64,000 bases of DNA from Lytechinus pictus (taxonomy: Eukaryota): NCBI RefSeq assembly GCF_037042905.1, contig NC_087245.1:20336001-20400000 (forward strand), written 5' to 3'. The notes beneath the pieces are model-generated. The model saw nothing but the letters and a program-made list of their open reading frames with translations, was not told the DNA's origin and searched no databases. Both the position numbers and the translations under genes were made by a program. Shown in pieces: positions 39,956-52,073 of this stretch. Every line of letters begins with the position of its first letter. The stretch's first letter is position 1.

Positions 39956-42711
39956 ATTGATCATGGCTGAAATACACCGTCACATTAAAATTGTAATTGA
40001 TTACATTGAATAATTCATAATGCATAAATGGGAAAGTCATTCACCCATCCATCTCATTATCAATGAAGCAACAAATACAAAAGACAATGATGAATTGCAA
40101 AGACATTTATGACCCAGAATTTCCAGAGCATTTTTGTTTTCATTTCATTTTTCATACCTGCCAGAAAAACTTTGCCTTGTTCCATCTGAAGAGCAATTCC
40201 CTGGTAAAACAAAAAGGTGAGAACATTGATTGGAATGACAATTAAAATGATTTAATTGTCAGACATTCAAGTACAAGGAAGAGGTGCTTACTTTCCAACA
40301 TCCCTCAAACCGGGCAAAATTGAAGGGGAAAAAAATGATATTACATGTTTTTTTTTTTACTTTCATAATATTACTAACATTCATAAGGTTATTTTCTATA
40401 AAGATAAATAGTTTTCATTACATTCCTTCATAATAAGGCATCATTAGAGAATCATTCCCATTGGGATAATAGAGATCTATGGGGGGAGGGGCAGGTTCAG
40501 TAATTATTATCAACCCCTCATATTCTTCTTAAAGTGATAAAGAGGGAACAAAAAAAAAGGAGAAAAGATGAGAGAAAATGAGCGAAAAAAAGAGAAAATT
40601 GTAAAATACGGTACGAGAAAAAAGATGACTGGGTTATAAAATGAAACATACCTATTTTCATAAAAAAGACCATACTCATCCTTGGGCCATCAAAATGCCT
40701 TGACACCACTCACACCATAAAATATCAGCAAATAATTAAAAGACATTTCCATTCTTTAGAACACCATGAAAAATATTTCATTAACCTCATACCATCCAAC
40801 AGGTACACAAGTGAAACAGGAATTCATAATATATATTGTTTTTTATTATGAAATTTTAACCAACTTTTTAAAAACAACTGACAATGGACAAAATAAGCAG
40901 ACAAAATCGTATCCATTAAGATATAGAATACTTTGATAAAATCCATTTGGAAAAGGGTCCATAGTATACTAATTAAATATTGTGTCCAAATAGGAACCAA
41001 TCATTAGAAAAACCCTTTGATGTGGGCTGAAGAAGAATTTTATCATCTTAGCAATCATGAATGTGATGATAATTTTTTAAACATGATGTATCCCAGGATT
41101 AACTTTTACACATATAAAGTATGTTATTGACATTACCAATGTTATGTATGTTACCAATTTTATACATACTTTACTGGTGGGGTGGGAAGGGGTGAGGGAG
41201 TCCACAAACAGACACAAAGATTATGTGTGTGATGTAAAGAGTAGATGTGCTAGTATGCCAGTACATTAATAAATTCTATAGAGCTTAATTATAAGGGGTA
41301 ACTTAGTTTTGATTGATTTACATAATTGCATGAAATGCTCAACATTACATTATCTAAACAATAACACCTGATCCATTGCAATATTTAGTCAACCAAAATA
41401 GTACAGATTGTAATATTATTAACTATCACATGGATACATAATAAATGAAAATAGTATTTTTATCAGCCATGCCATGTAATCAACTTTTTTAATTCTGCAA
41501 AGATGATATGTTAAATGGATCTCCAAATCACATAACTTTTTCAAAAATTAATTTCCACGTTACACAACCGTACCTGAAACTCTGGCTATCCTGTTCACAA
41601 TTATTTACAGATCCTGGACTGACCTGATTACGATCTCTCCAAACATATCTAACCACATACAAACTCATTTTAATCTCTAATGTTTTGATTTTCAATTCCA
41701 ACACTAGAAGCTACTCTCTATTCATGAATCATCTCTTCGCTCAATGATATACCCCCTCTACCGTAATCAACAAAGATCATCTGCATACAATTGTTCAAGG
41801 ATCCAATCATGTTCAATGTCTGAATTTCATTCACCACCGTCATATACTGTCTAATACTCCATGCTCCTTCAACGAAAACAACGAGTGGACGACCAAGCCT
41901 CGCTGTCGTCGACCTTGCTGAACAGCACTCCATAAGTTTCTATGCTGAAGTTATTTTGGGGTTGGGGGTGCATACTGCCCCATCCATATCTATAATCTAT
42001 AATTAAATAACAGACAGAAAAAAACATTCTCTCCTATACAGTTCTATGAATAGCTTTCCAAATAAAAAGCAATTAAGTATCATAAAAGAATAATTCAGAA
42101 TCTATGACACATCCCTTTCATATTCCATACACATTTCAATAAATCCCCATAAATATCAAGTCTCTTTAAAGGCTGACAAAACAATGAGATTTCTCAAAGG
42201 TTTCAAACAACACAACGGTTTTATCCAATCATATAATTTGCTCATTAAGAATCATACATTTACTATAATAAGAATGCATCTTTTATCTGAAATTATTGTT
42301 TCACTCACACACACATGTCATTTCTCTCTTTTTATTCAAGAAAACACCTACAAAAGCTCCAAAGTTAACTCACTGGTGGTGCTGAATTACAACTAAAGAT
42401 GCTTTACAATAGATGAAACACTGTGTCACAGACATACTCTTCTGCTCTCAAACTTGAGAACATTTGATGATACAAAACTAGAGAAATGATGAAGAAATTA
42501 ATACGCTGAAACCCATGCCCATGCCTGGCATGTCCTATTTCTCTAGCTGGCTGCATGTGTCTGTACAAGTGCACTTTACTATTTCAGTAGAAGGAACATG
42601 ATCAAATTAATTTGCATATTTACACCTGAAAATTCCAAACACAAAGCCTATACTGGGCTGAATAAAATAAGGCATGCATGTCAATTAGCTCTGGCATTAA
42701 GGACTCAACAA

Positions 42712-43520
42712 ACAAGACCTCTTTCACACTAGAAAATTAAACCTCATTCTCCGACACTAATCATATGTATTTCAATGACTACTGACATCAGAGACTAGAG
42801 ACAAGATATCTTTTACACTAGAAAATTAACCTCCCTATCCAACAGTATTCGCATTGACCATGATTCACCATCAATGGTAATCACATGTATTTCAATGACT
42901 ACTGTCTGACATTAGAGAATAGAGACAAGACCTCTTTCACACTAGAAAATTAAACCTCATTCTCCAACACTAATCACATGTATTTCAATGACTACTGACA
43001 TTAGAGACTAGGGACAAGATATCTTTTACACTAGAAAATTAACCTCCCTATCCAACAGTATTCGCATTGACCATGATTCACCATCAATGGTAATCACATG
43101 TATTTCAATGACTACTGTCTGACATTAGAGAATAGAGACAAGACCTCTTTCACACTAGAAAATTAAACCTCATTCTCCAACACTAATCACATGTATTTCA
43201 ATGACTACTGACATTAGAGACTAGAGACAAGATATCTTTTATACTAGAAAATTAACCTCCCTATCCAACAGTATTCGCATTGACCATGATTCACCATCAA
43301 TGGTAAACACATGTATTTCAATGACTACTGTCTGACATTAGAGAATAGAGACAAGACCTCTTTCACACTAGAAAATTAAACCTCATTCTCCAACACTAAT
43401 CACATGTATTTCAATGACTGCTGACATTAGAGACTAGAGACTAGATATCTTTCACAGTAGAAAATTTAACCTTCCTATCCAACATTATTCACATTGACCA
43501 TGATTCACCACCAATGGCAC
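42712..43520. repeat. 213-bp tandem repeat (~3.8 copies) made of two related subunits (89 + 124 bp)
   Basis: ACAAGACCTC at 42712, 42925, 43138 and 43351; ACAAGATATC subunit starts 89 bp later. Confidence 0.95.
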
Positions 43521-44783
43521 ATAAAGCAAGTTCTCGATTTCTGTACTTCTGTATTAGGGGTTGTTTGCACTGCGATGCAGAATGCTGGGGTAACTCATTA
43601 ATGATGACATCCCAAAACTCATACAAAAAGATTTCATATCCTAGGCACTTGTTGTTACAATTTTGAAGTTTTTTAATTTTTTTATTCCCCAATTTTAAAA
43701 GAATACTAGGGGGTTCATAATAATTTGTCCTGCGACAAATCTCTTTGACATGCTCTGACAATTGTCAGAAGACTCAAAATTTTCAGGGGATATATGCCCA
43801 ATATCATCCCGTGGTGAGCTTTAAGGGCCCAGCCACTGACAAATCATGGGGAAATTGAATCAATACGATATTTGCAAAAGGCCGATTGACTTGCATAATA
43901 TAATCCGTCAGTCATGAGCGCCCGTCGGACTAATGCGATAAAAGTTCGGACAGCACGAATTTGACCAAACTCGTGATAGTTATTTACTTCGGCTCATCGC
44001 AGTTCCAGTTTCCATCAATCCCAATTCCTAGACTCATAGCAGGTCTCTTGATTGCTAAACCAAAATAAATAATCTCTGTTAAGTTACATGTTCAAAGTGA
44101 AAACATGGAGTTTACTTCTGGATGGTTAGTCTACTAACCATTGCTCTCCTATAGACCTCCCAGACATGCCGGCGTCTATTACATAATACCTCCAGGCATG
44201 CAGCCGAGTGAAAGACTTGAATCCCTTCTCTGTTTTGAGATTAGCCTCGATTTCCCCATGCTTTGTCAATGGAAGGTCGCTTTAATGTAAAGAAGGATGT
44301 TATGTTCGTTGGGAAGGAGCAATGACTGTGAAAATTTTAGTTGAATTTTTAAAATTTAAATTGAAAAAAGATACAATGAGGAAGTTGATTGCTTCTTCAA
44401 CACAAGAGCAAGACCTACTGATGGAATGGACCGTAAAGGGCACTTTGGCATTTCTGGTGCCTAAAATGAGCATACGAGTGATATCACCCTTGTCACTTTA
44501 GTTAGAAACTATACAACACAGTTTTGTGACAGTTCTACATTTTAAGTACTATGACTTGAAATAGCTAAAATTAGAATTTTTGATGAGCTTAATTCACAAA
44601 ATGGAAAGATGGGCTAAGCGTGGAAACAAACTTTGATCCACTTTATAGTCTGACTCAATCTTGAAACTTGGAAGAAGAAAAATCACACACTAGTGAAAAG
44701 TAGAGCCTTTATTCTTTCCACCTAACATCTGACCAAGAATACTTTGAAGTAATACACATTCACCTCTCATCACTCGTCCTCGA

Positions 44784-45070
44784 CTACAATTCATCATGAA
44801 CTTCATACTGATCCCTAGACCACCAATCCTTCAAATTGGCAACTGCTGACCAGTCGACGACCTTCCACCAGTCTGCGATGTGACTATCCCGTTTGTTCTG
44901 ATGCTTCAGGTAGTACGCATGTTCCCAAACATCAAGCACTAGGATTGGTTGATGGCCATCTAAGATTGGGGTGTCCTGATTGGCTGTCGTTGAGATGATA
45001 AGACGAGCAAGTTCTTCCGCATTGTCTCCATAAAATGATGAGGGGTTGCGCTGGCTAAGCCAGACATAAC
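44784..45070 (-). CDS. Fe/Mn SOD exon 4, ends in HDEL-stop
   Basis: TTGTAG| acceptor; GYVWL...TTANQDTP...[11 protein letters not shown] (Fe/Mn SOD signature with Asp and His ligands)...YEVHDEL*. Confidence 0.95.
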
Positions 45071-45754
45071 CTACAAAATGCAAATAATCATAGGGGATGG
45101 TCAGTCAAATCTTTTAAAACCACATCAGTAGGCTTAATACTATAATCAATAACATATTCTCAGGCATTCAGCAAGGCATATTCTGAATACCGGTATGATT
45201 TAACCCTGAAATTCGACTCATAAAATCTAGTTCTCTCATAAAAGCTTAGTGATCTAATATAGATTGTTGAGGTACAGGAAACAATAGTAGTATAATACAA
45301 TGATCAGTATCAGGATCTACTAATTCACCACTCTGTGTTTTATTCATCTTACCGCCAATTTTTTTAATTGCTTGAATGGATGCCGATTGAACTAAAAAGG
45401 TTATTGAAGGAGCAGTTGGAACTCGTTCTCATTAATGAGCACAAAGTCATTTCATTACAATGTTGATTTGTGTTGTTGAAAGTTGTTTCTACTCCTGAAA
45501 AAAATGTATAAACATACCTTGAACATACCTTGAAGTGCCACACTTCCATCTTCACGTAGGTAGATATTAGTGTGGCAGGGTTTGGGGGGCTTTGTAGCCC
45601 ATTAATAACCCATGACTATGGGTGGGGTTGTTTGTGGTTAAGCTAAAGTTCTATAAAACATCAGCCAGAAGTTATGTTAACAGTCTCTGTCTTGAGCTGG
45701 TGCTGATGTATGGTATTGGTTTAAATTTTCTTTCAGAAGTTTGTTTAAACTTAC

Positions 45755-45918
45755 CGGATCCAAACAGTGTAAGAGCTTGACTGGTGAACTGATTCTTGAA
45801 TTCTTGGAAGCTTCCAAATGTTGCATTTATCTCACTTAGCAGATCTCCAGAGGGCATGGGGATGTCATTGTCCCTGTTGGCGGCCATCGTTGACCAGTAA
45901 ATGTTGTGATTCACGAAC
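45755..45918 (-). CDS. Fe/Mn SOD exon 3 (164 bp)
   Basis: TTGCAG| acceptor; FVNHNIYWSTM...EINATFGSFQEFKNQFTSQALTLFGS(G) with the second His ligand; G|GTAAGT donor (phase 1). Confidence 0.92.
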
Positions 45919-46662
45919 CTGCAAACGATAAAATTAATGAGTATTGATCAGCATCATAATACGCATAAGAATCATGTTCTACCTTTTGTTGTAGCACCAC
46001 TGGTGTTGTAATGCCTGACCCCACCTAGCATCAGGTATTTGAGAAGATTGCGCTTTGCTCAATGAACTTTGTTTTAATAAAATCAAAGTCATATAACTTG
46101 AGTTTATTTTAAGTGGTGGCAGCGGTGGGATAGCCCATCATAATGACTGGAAGGCACTCCATATTACAATAGCAGGGGTGTATGTGACCAATTCAGAGAT
46201 GCCAAATTCAGATACCAAAATTACATGACATTTTTCACAGGAAACCATGGGCAAATAGACTGAGATGATATATAGAAAAACGAGAAATGAGATGGGTGGG
46301 GGGGGGGGGAATAAGGAGCCATTCTATGGAGACTTATGCCTTATGAGTCTCTGCATGATATGAGTCAGCAAACATGCTGACTCATGCCTTTGTCAGCATG
46401 TTAGCTGACCAAGTGGTGTTTGTCTGTTCTCGTACTTAATAGATTTTTTAACCTTACTGTTACATAAACATTATCTTAATTCTAAGTTATTTTATTAATT
46501 CAAAATTCAAATTTTCTATTTAATATAGCTGCGACCAGTATCATTTTCATAAAATATGCCCTATTTATTGTGAACCAGCAAAACTATATATAATTCATTA
46601 TCAATTCATCATGATCATCATCATTGTTACCATTACCATCACCATCATGATCATCATTATGA

Positions 46663-47344
46663 TAGGGTGTCTGAAGCCACACTGAAAAGTGTCAGCATAA
46701 AACAGGCTGATTTAGGGGAAAATATGGCACATTTTTTCGGGGAAGTTCAGGCTACTAGAAAAATGTGATCTGAATTGATTATTATCTTGTGTTTGGCATG
46801 TATGGAAAGAGAAAATTCAGGGGCTTCTTTTGACAGTAAGGACAAGTTTATATGATCATTTTAAATAAGGATTTAGAGATAAATTGCAAACCCTTATTTT
46901 TGTGTGTGTTGAGATTGCCATTTCTCCATGCGTTTTCTATGGGAAAATGAAGTTTCTGTTTTGCACAATTTTTTTCACTTTGTCGCAATTTTTCATTGTG
47001 ATCTGGTTTCCAAATCTTTATAAAAATTGTACCATCAGATAGAGCATAAAAAATCCTATTGGACTCTTTATGGACAAGTTTATGGCATTAATAATGAATT
47101 TATAACAGCTCTCGGAAGCTAAAAATTTGGATTTGTGTGTGTCCATTTCTTAACTACACAGTCTATGGCAGAGAAATGCTGAAAATTTACCTAATTTCAT
47201 TCTTCTTTTTTGCAGCCAATAATTGGATATTTTTCAAAAATGTTACATTTCTGTCAGTCTGAAGGTCATTTCTCTTCAAATTCACAAAGAAAATGTGATA
47301 TTTTCTTGAAATAAGAAAAATAATTTTTTTCTCCAGACACCCTA
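46663..47344. mobile_element. TAGGG-terminated non-autonomous DNA transposon in SOD intron 2, inside a (CAT)n tract
   Basis: TAGGGTGTCTGAAG ... CTCCAGACACCCTA (13/14 inverted match); ATTATGA directly repeated on both flanks. Confidence 0.8.
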
Positions 47345-47416
47345 ATTATGATCATCATCATCATCATCATTATTCTCATCACCATCAATTTAGATTATGA
47401 TCTACATAATTGAACC

Positions 47417-47615
47417 CAGGGACAGATCCAGGATGTTCCAAAAATTAACCAAAAAGAAATTTCGTCCACAAAAAAGTTTGACAATTAAGCAAAATAATAG
47501 AAAAAAGGTCTTCATTTTCAAAAGGGGGGGGGGCACACTTCTGTTTTAACAGCATTTTTACATTACAAACATTACACGAGCCGGCTTTGCCCCCCCCCCC
47601 TTGGATCCGCCAGTG
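47417..47615. mobile_element. hAT-type MITE (poly-G/C family)
   Basis: CAGGGACAGATCCAGG ... CTTGGATCCGCCAGTG; 8-bp TSD ATTGAACC. Confidence 0.85.
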
Positions 47616-47749
47616 ATTGAACCCTAATGAACAACTCACTCCTAGATAGGTTTGAACAATTTTTTCTGTTCTGTCTTTTTATTCACCGAAGCGGTTAGAG
47701 CTGAATAAAAACAAGACATGATATTTAGTGATAAGTAGGTTTAACTTAC

Positions 47750-47850
47750 CCACCACCATTGTTTCTAATGTTGCGTTGATATTTGGGAGGAATGTCATCC
47801 AGATGCTTCAACAGGTTGAGAATGGATGTTGCTACATAGCTGTCTGGCTC
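47750..47850 (-). CDS. Fe/Mn SOD exon 2 (101 bp, not in the ORF track)
   Basis: TATTAG| acceptor; EPDSYVATSILNLLKHLDDIPPKYQRNIRNNGG(G); GG|GTAAG donor (phase 2). Confidence 0.9.
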
Positions 47851-48224
47851 CTAATATTTAAAGAACATTTGAAACAAATAAATTCTTTCAAATACATGTA
47901 GATCTGTCCTGGGTTTATAAAGATGGGAATCCAGTATTAATATTAGGCCTAATTAAGTTAACCTTGACTAAACCTTTAAAGGGGAACCCCATCTAGTTAA
48001 AAAAAAATTATTTCCAGACTTGGGTAGATAGATCATTCTAAAAACTGCAACTGTGCAGTCATGATTGATAACTGCATCTGTGGAATACTATAGTAGTAGT
48101 AAAAGCAAAATACAGATATTTTTCATTTCCCCCAAATAAGCTATATACACTCATAGGCCCATACGCACGAATTAAAACTCTCTACACGAGACTCTCTGTT
48201 ATTTATTGAGATTGTTGTATTCAC

Positions 48225-48485
48225 CTCAGTTCTCCACAGTTGTAATGCTGCATTGAGTTTGCGTGTGTAGCCTGCGTGGTGGCCGCGATGGTGCACTTTC
48301 AAAGTTGCACTGTCGATGTAAGGTTCTAAATCTTCGTAATCAAAAGGCAAATCTGGCAAATCATACTCTGATCTCATTTCTGCAATACACTCAAATGGAT
48401 AAGAAATGCAATAACAGCTTGAGCACATATATAAAATGAAGAAAACTGCCAACATTTTGCTTTCTACGTAGCAAGCAGACGCCAT
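48225..48485 (-). CDS. Fe/Mn superoxide dismutase (secretory/ER type), exon 1
   Basis: In-frame ATGs at 48530, 48485 (best Kozak context, acaATGg) and 48455; hydrophobic MLAVFFILYMCSSCYC, then YDLPDLPFDYEDLEPYIDSATLKVHHRGHHAGYTRKLNAAL (Sod_Fe_N motif, first His ligand); GAG|GTGAAT donor. Confidence 0.9.
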
Positions 48486-49733
48486 TGTGTTGAATGAAAG
48501 TGCAAAAATTGCATGTTTTCTTCCACGCATAGGTCAACATGCACAAAACTGCTGTATTGATAACAAGTGAAATCCGAATTAGATTGGGGCAGGTTTTCTT
48601 GGAAAAAAAATCTTACCAAAGCGTAAATTAAATATGCCCCCTGGAAGTCAATCATCTGCTTGTACCTTTATTGTTGCTTGAAAAATATAGTTTCATTTGT
48701 ATAAATTTTGTATAAATGAAGAAAATAAGCGAAATGATAGATCGAGGGAGGACTTTCTGCTGTTTGTGTATTTATGTTTGTAAATAAAACCGCCTATATA
48801 GCCAGGATAGGGGCGGTAAGTATACGCGAGGGGGGGGGGGGTGCAGGGAGGGTTTTAAAAAAAAAATCAGAAAAAGGCATTCATTTAGTGGTATAAAATG
48901 CATCTTGGTCAGATCAGATTCGATAGCAAAATATTTAGCCACAGAGTTGCAAAACGGGGTCTCGATGGGTATAGCGTTGAAGATGAGAAGTTTTTCTGAA
49001 ACATTGACCTGCTCTAATTCATTTCATAGTTTCATTTTTCTTAGATTATTAAACTCGATTTACGAAGAAAAGAGCTAAAAATGGGAAAGGGGTGATGCTC
49101 GGAGAGGAATCTTTCCTTTTCTATACTGACACACGAAACACGCGTGAACCTCTGTGATTTGTTTTAAAAAAATACCTGATTAGAAAAATTTCATAAATCA
49201 TAAATATTTATAAATAAATATTCAAAATTTCAAATCGATGGGGCAAAATAAGACATGGGATTGATGTGCCGCGATATGGAAAAAAGTTTCATCGTATATA
49301 CTATATATATTTATATACATATATATACCTACAGTTTTGCCGGTATATAGCACAGCCGGGGATTTCATGTATGTCACTTTGAGCAGATACTTGCCCAATA
49401 TTGCTTGCTTAAAAAGCGGAAGAAATAGCACATTGGGACTCGAATGCGGTAGTGTTTCAAAGCTTCGACCAGAAGAGCAGAAATTTTGTGTCGATACAAT
49501 TAAAAAGATACTTTTTATGATAATTTACACCAATGTAATGTATGTAGAAAATTGAGTGTGGAAAACAAAGGGAAAGGCAAAGTTAGGCCTACTGATTTTC
49601 CTGCACAGAGCGCGAAAGAAAATTTTGTTTGAAGAGAGAGAAGAATGTCTCATTTAGGTTTATATTCTTTTGAAAAAAGAGAAGGAAAAACACTAAAGCT
49701 GTACCCTTCTTCCCCTTTCAGAAGGGGTGCAAA

Positions 49734-49985
49734 CAGGGGCAGATGCAGAATTTTCCAAGGGGGAGGGGAGCATTTTTCCAAGGTCCCTAAAAATGAAGGT
49801 CATAGTGTCTCGTGTAAAATTTGACAAGCCCCCCAAAAAAAGAAAGAAAGAAGAAGAAGAATTAAGAAGAAGAAGACAAAGAAGAAGAAAATGTCCTTAC
49901 TTCCCATTAAATATGTTAACTTTGACTCTCAAAAGGGGGATGGGGCACGAGCCGGAAATGCCCCATCCCCCTTGATTTGCCACTG
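49734..49985. mobile_element. hAT-type MITE
   Basis: CAGGGGCAGAT ... ATTTGCCACTG; 8-bp TSD GGTGCAAA. Confidence 0.8.
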
Positions 49986-50487
49986 GGTGCAAATACTAGG
50001 AAAATGAATGAAATAAGCTTAAAACTCTACTTAAATTCTTCCTATGAAGCGGAGAAACTGCGGAGCTCACCCTGCACAACATTTATAGCTATATAGGGCG
50101 GCGTCTCAAGCCACCTTTCAGTAAACATGGGGCTATAATGTAGGCTTACCAAAACGTGGAAATAGTATTCAAAATGAGATAGTGTGCATGTCCTTCCGGG
50201 TCCTTCCACCCCCTTTTAAAATCGTTCTGCGACTTATTACTAAATGATCACAATATAATTTCAATTCTTTATTTCTGAGCTAAATTCAACTCCCTGATTA
50301 GAGGTATCTAAAATAAATCCACTGGATTTTGATATGAATCCTAAATATTTTGCTCAACTCCTGATGATTTACATTAAAATCTTTAAGAAGTAAATCTAAA
50401 CCAAGTGACTGAATGGTCACCAACCACACTATGGCTGTAGTGGATTTATCAAAAAGTCCATGAGATTTAATTATAAATTGTCATTTA

Positions 50488-50648
50488 TACCTTGGTCACA
50501 TTTGCTCTACGGCGGCCGTACGGCGAGTCGAAAACAGCCGTTTTAATTTTTTTTGTACCAACTACATATAGGTGGTTTGAATTAAAATTAATAAAACGGC
50601 TGTTTCGACTCACCGTACGGCCGCCGTAGAGCAAATGTGACCAAGGTA
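50488..50648. mobile_element. Palindromic MITE, ~57-bp TIRs
   Basis: TACCTTGGTCACATTTGCTCTACGGCGGCCGTACGG... and its near-perfect inverse; TA at both ends. Confidence 0.9.
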
Positions 50649-51277
50649 TTGTGCGTTCGACCGCCCCTCAACCCGAATCCCCGGCCCCTCCCCCTATTTT
50701 ATTTTGTTTTGGATTTTCAATCGCACGCCACCGTACAAAATATTCTCATCTCCGTTTCGAGGTAAGTAAAACGCCCCATTTTATTTCAAAATTAGCTGTA
50801 TTTATAATGATGTGGTTATGTAGTAGATGCATGAGTCGAACGATATTTATTACTTTTCAAATAAGGAAGTTAATCCATGAATTGAAGTCGGATAATAAAT
50901 TTGTAATCCACTTTTGGAAGCGAGCAAGATTTCACAATCGTCGCTTACGTTACGACTTACGGTACGGTGCTAGAACTTGTGTCCCCAAGACTCCGCTCCG
51001 AGACCGAGTCCCGCTGCGCTGTCCACGTAGCTTGGTCCACGTCCACTGTGATGTGCTGTCGGCCGTCGAGTGCGTGAGTGACTCATTCAAGATTTTTTTT
51101 AGACTGAGAGACGTGGTAATTTCTAATTATGGTATATGGTACAGGCCAGATCGTTTTTACGTTAGTATAATAATAGCACTTGCAAAACACTTCTTCAATT
51201 TCAAATTTTAAATTTTTGAATAAGAGAAAGAGGTGTGTGAAAAAAAGATGTCTGGGCTGGCTGCGCCTACACCTGTG

Positions 51278-51720
51278 TAGCCAGGCGGCTTCTTGAGAGT
51301 AAAAATCATTTACTAACGTAGGCTTACTCTAAACGAAGCCAGGGAGTCCTCCCTATTCATCTGCGTGTACCTCCCCAACGTTACATGACGCTCGCGTCCG
51401 TAACGTTGGGGAAGTACAATAAGAAACAAGATGGCGGCGTAAACATCGGGCAAGTCTCTTCCATCTTTTCACAATATTTTTTCATTTTTTTGATGAATTC
51501 TTGTTTAAAAATAACAAGAGCGTAGAAATGTCGGAAATGAAGTTTTATCCCATGTACGTGATTTAGAGCTAGATCTTTTAGAAGGAAAGTAGAAATCTCG
51601 GGGGCGAAAGTTTCAGGGTTTTTTGCGGTACACGCAGATGAATAGGGAGGACTCCCTGGCTTCGTTTAGAGTAAGCCTACGTTAGTAAATGATATTTACT
51701 CTCAAGAAGCCGCCTGGCTA
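51278..51720. mobile_element. Young hAT-type MITE, 94-bp TIRs, upstream of the NSF start codon (probable intron 1)
   Basis: TAGCCAGGCGGCTTCTTGAGAG... TIRs at 51278-51371 and 51627-51720 (one mismatch seen); 8-bp TSD CACCTGTG. Confidence 0.95.
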
Positions 51721-52073
51721 CACCTGTGTGAGTCGATCAAAAAAGTTTGAGGTGAAAATTTAAACAAAATTTTGTGTGTGGTTCTGGTAAGAAGCATATT
51801 TTCCCTTATGTGCATTGTATGATATTGCTGTTAGGCTAAATAGATTTAGATCTGCTGGAGCATTAAACATAGATCTACATGGTATGGCGGGGCTGTCAAC
51901 TCCTGCCTCTCTTTTAGTTTTACTACTGTTTACAGTTTAATCGTGAAAGATAATTTTTGTAAACACCCCTTTGTTTATGATTCCAGCTATAAATTTGATA
52001 AATTGTTTGTCTCATTTGCAGTGTAGATTGAAGTGGCTAATCTAAAAAAAGGTTGCATCAGAGTAAGACCAAA

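Larger units (their letters stand above)
48531..51115. promoter_or_regulatory. Divergent SOD/NSF upstream region, CpG-rich near both ends; possible NSF non-coding exon 1 ending at 51115
   Basis: Genes are head-to-head; CpG-rich patches near 48730-48960 (GC box GGGGCGG at about 48809) and 50650-51115; candidate donor GTG|GTAATT at 51116. Confidence 0.5.

Noticed and set aside
42712-43520. Regularly spaced repeats as a CRISPR array
   Set aside because: Intervening sequences are repeated rather than unique spacers; eukaryotic context; no cas genes.
44784-48530. Bacterial contamination, or ordinary mitochondrial SOD2
   Set aside because: The gene has GT-AG introns containing host MITEs; it lacks an amphipathic presequence and SOD2-type loops and ends in HDEL, so no SOD2 symbol was assigned.
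50651-51211. 186-aa ORF upstream of NSF
   Set aside because: GTG start, no domain similarity; explained by GC-rich promoter sequence.
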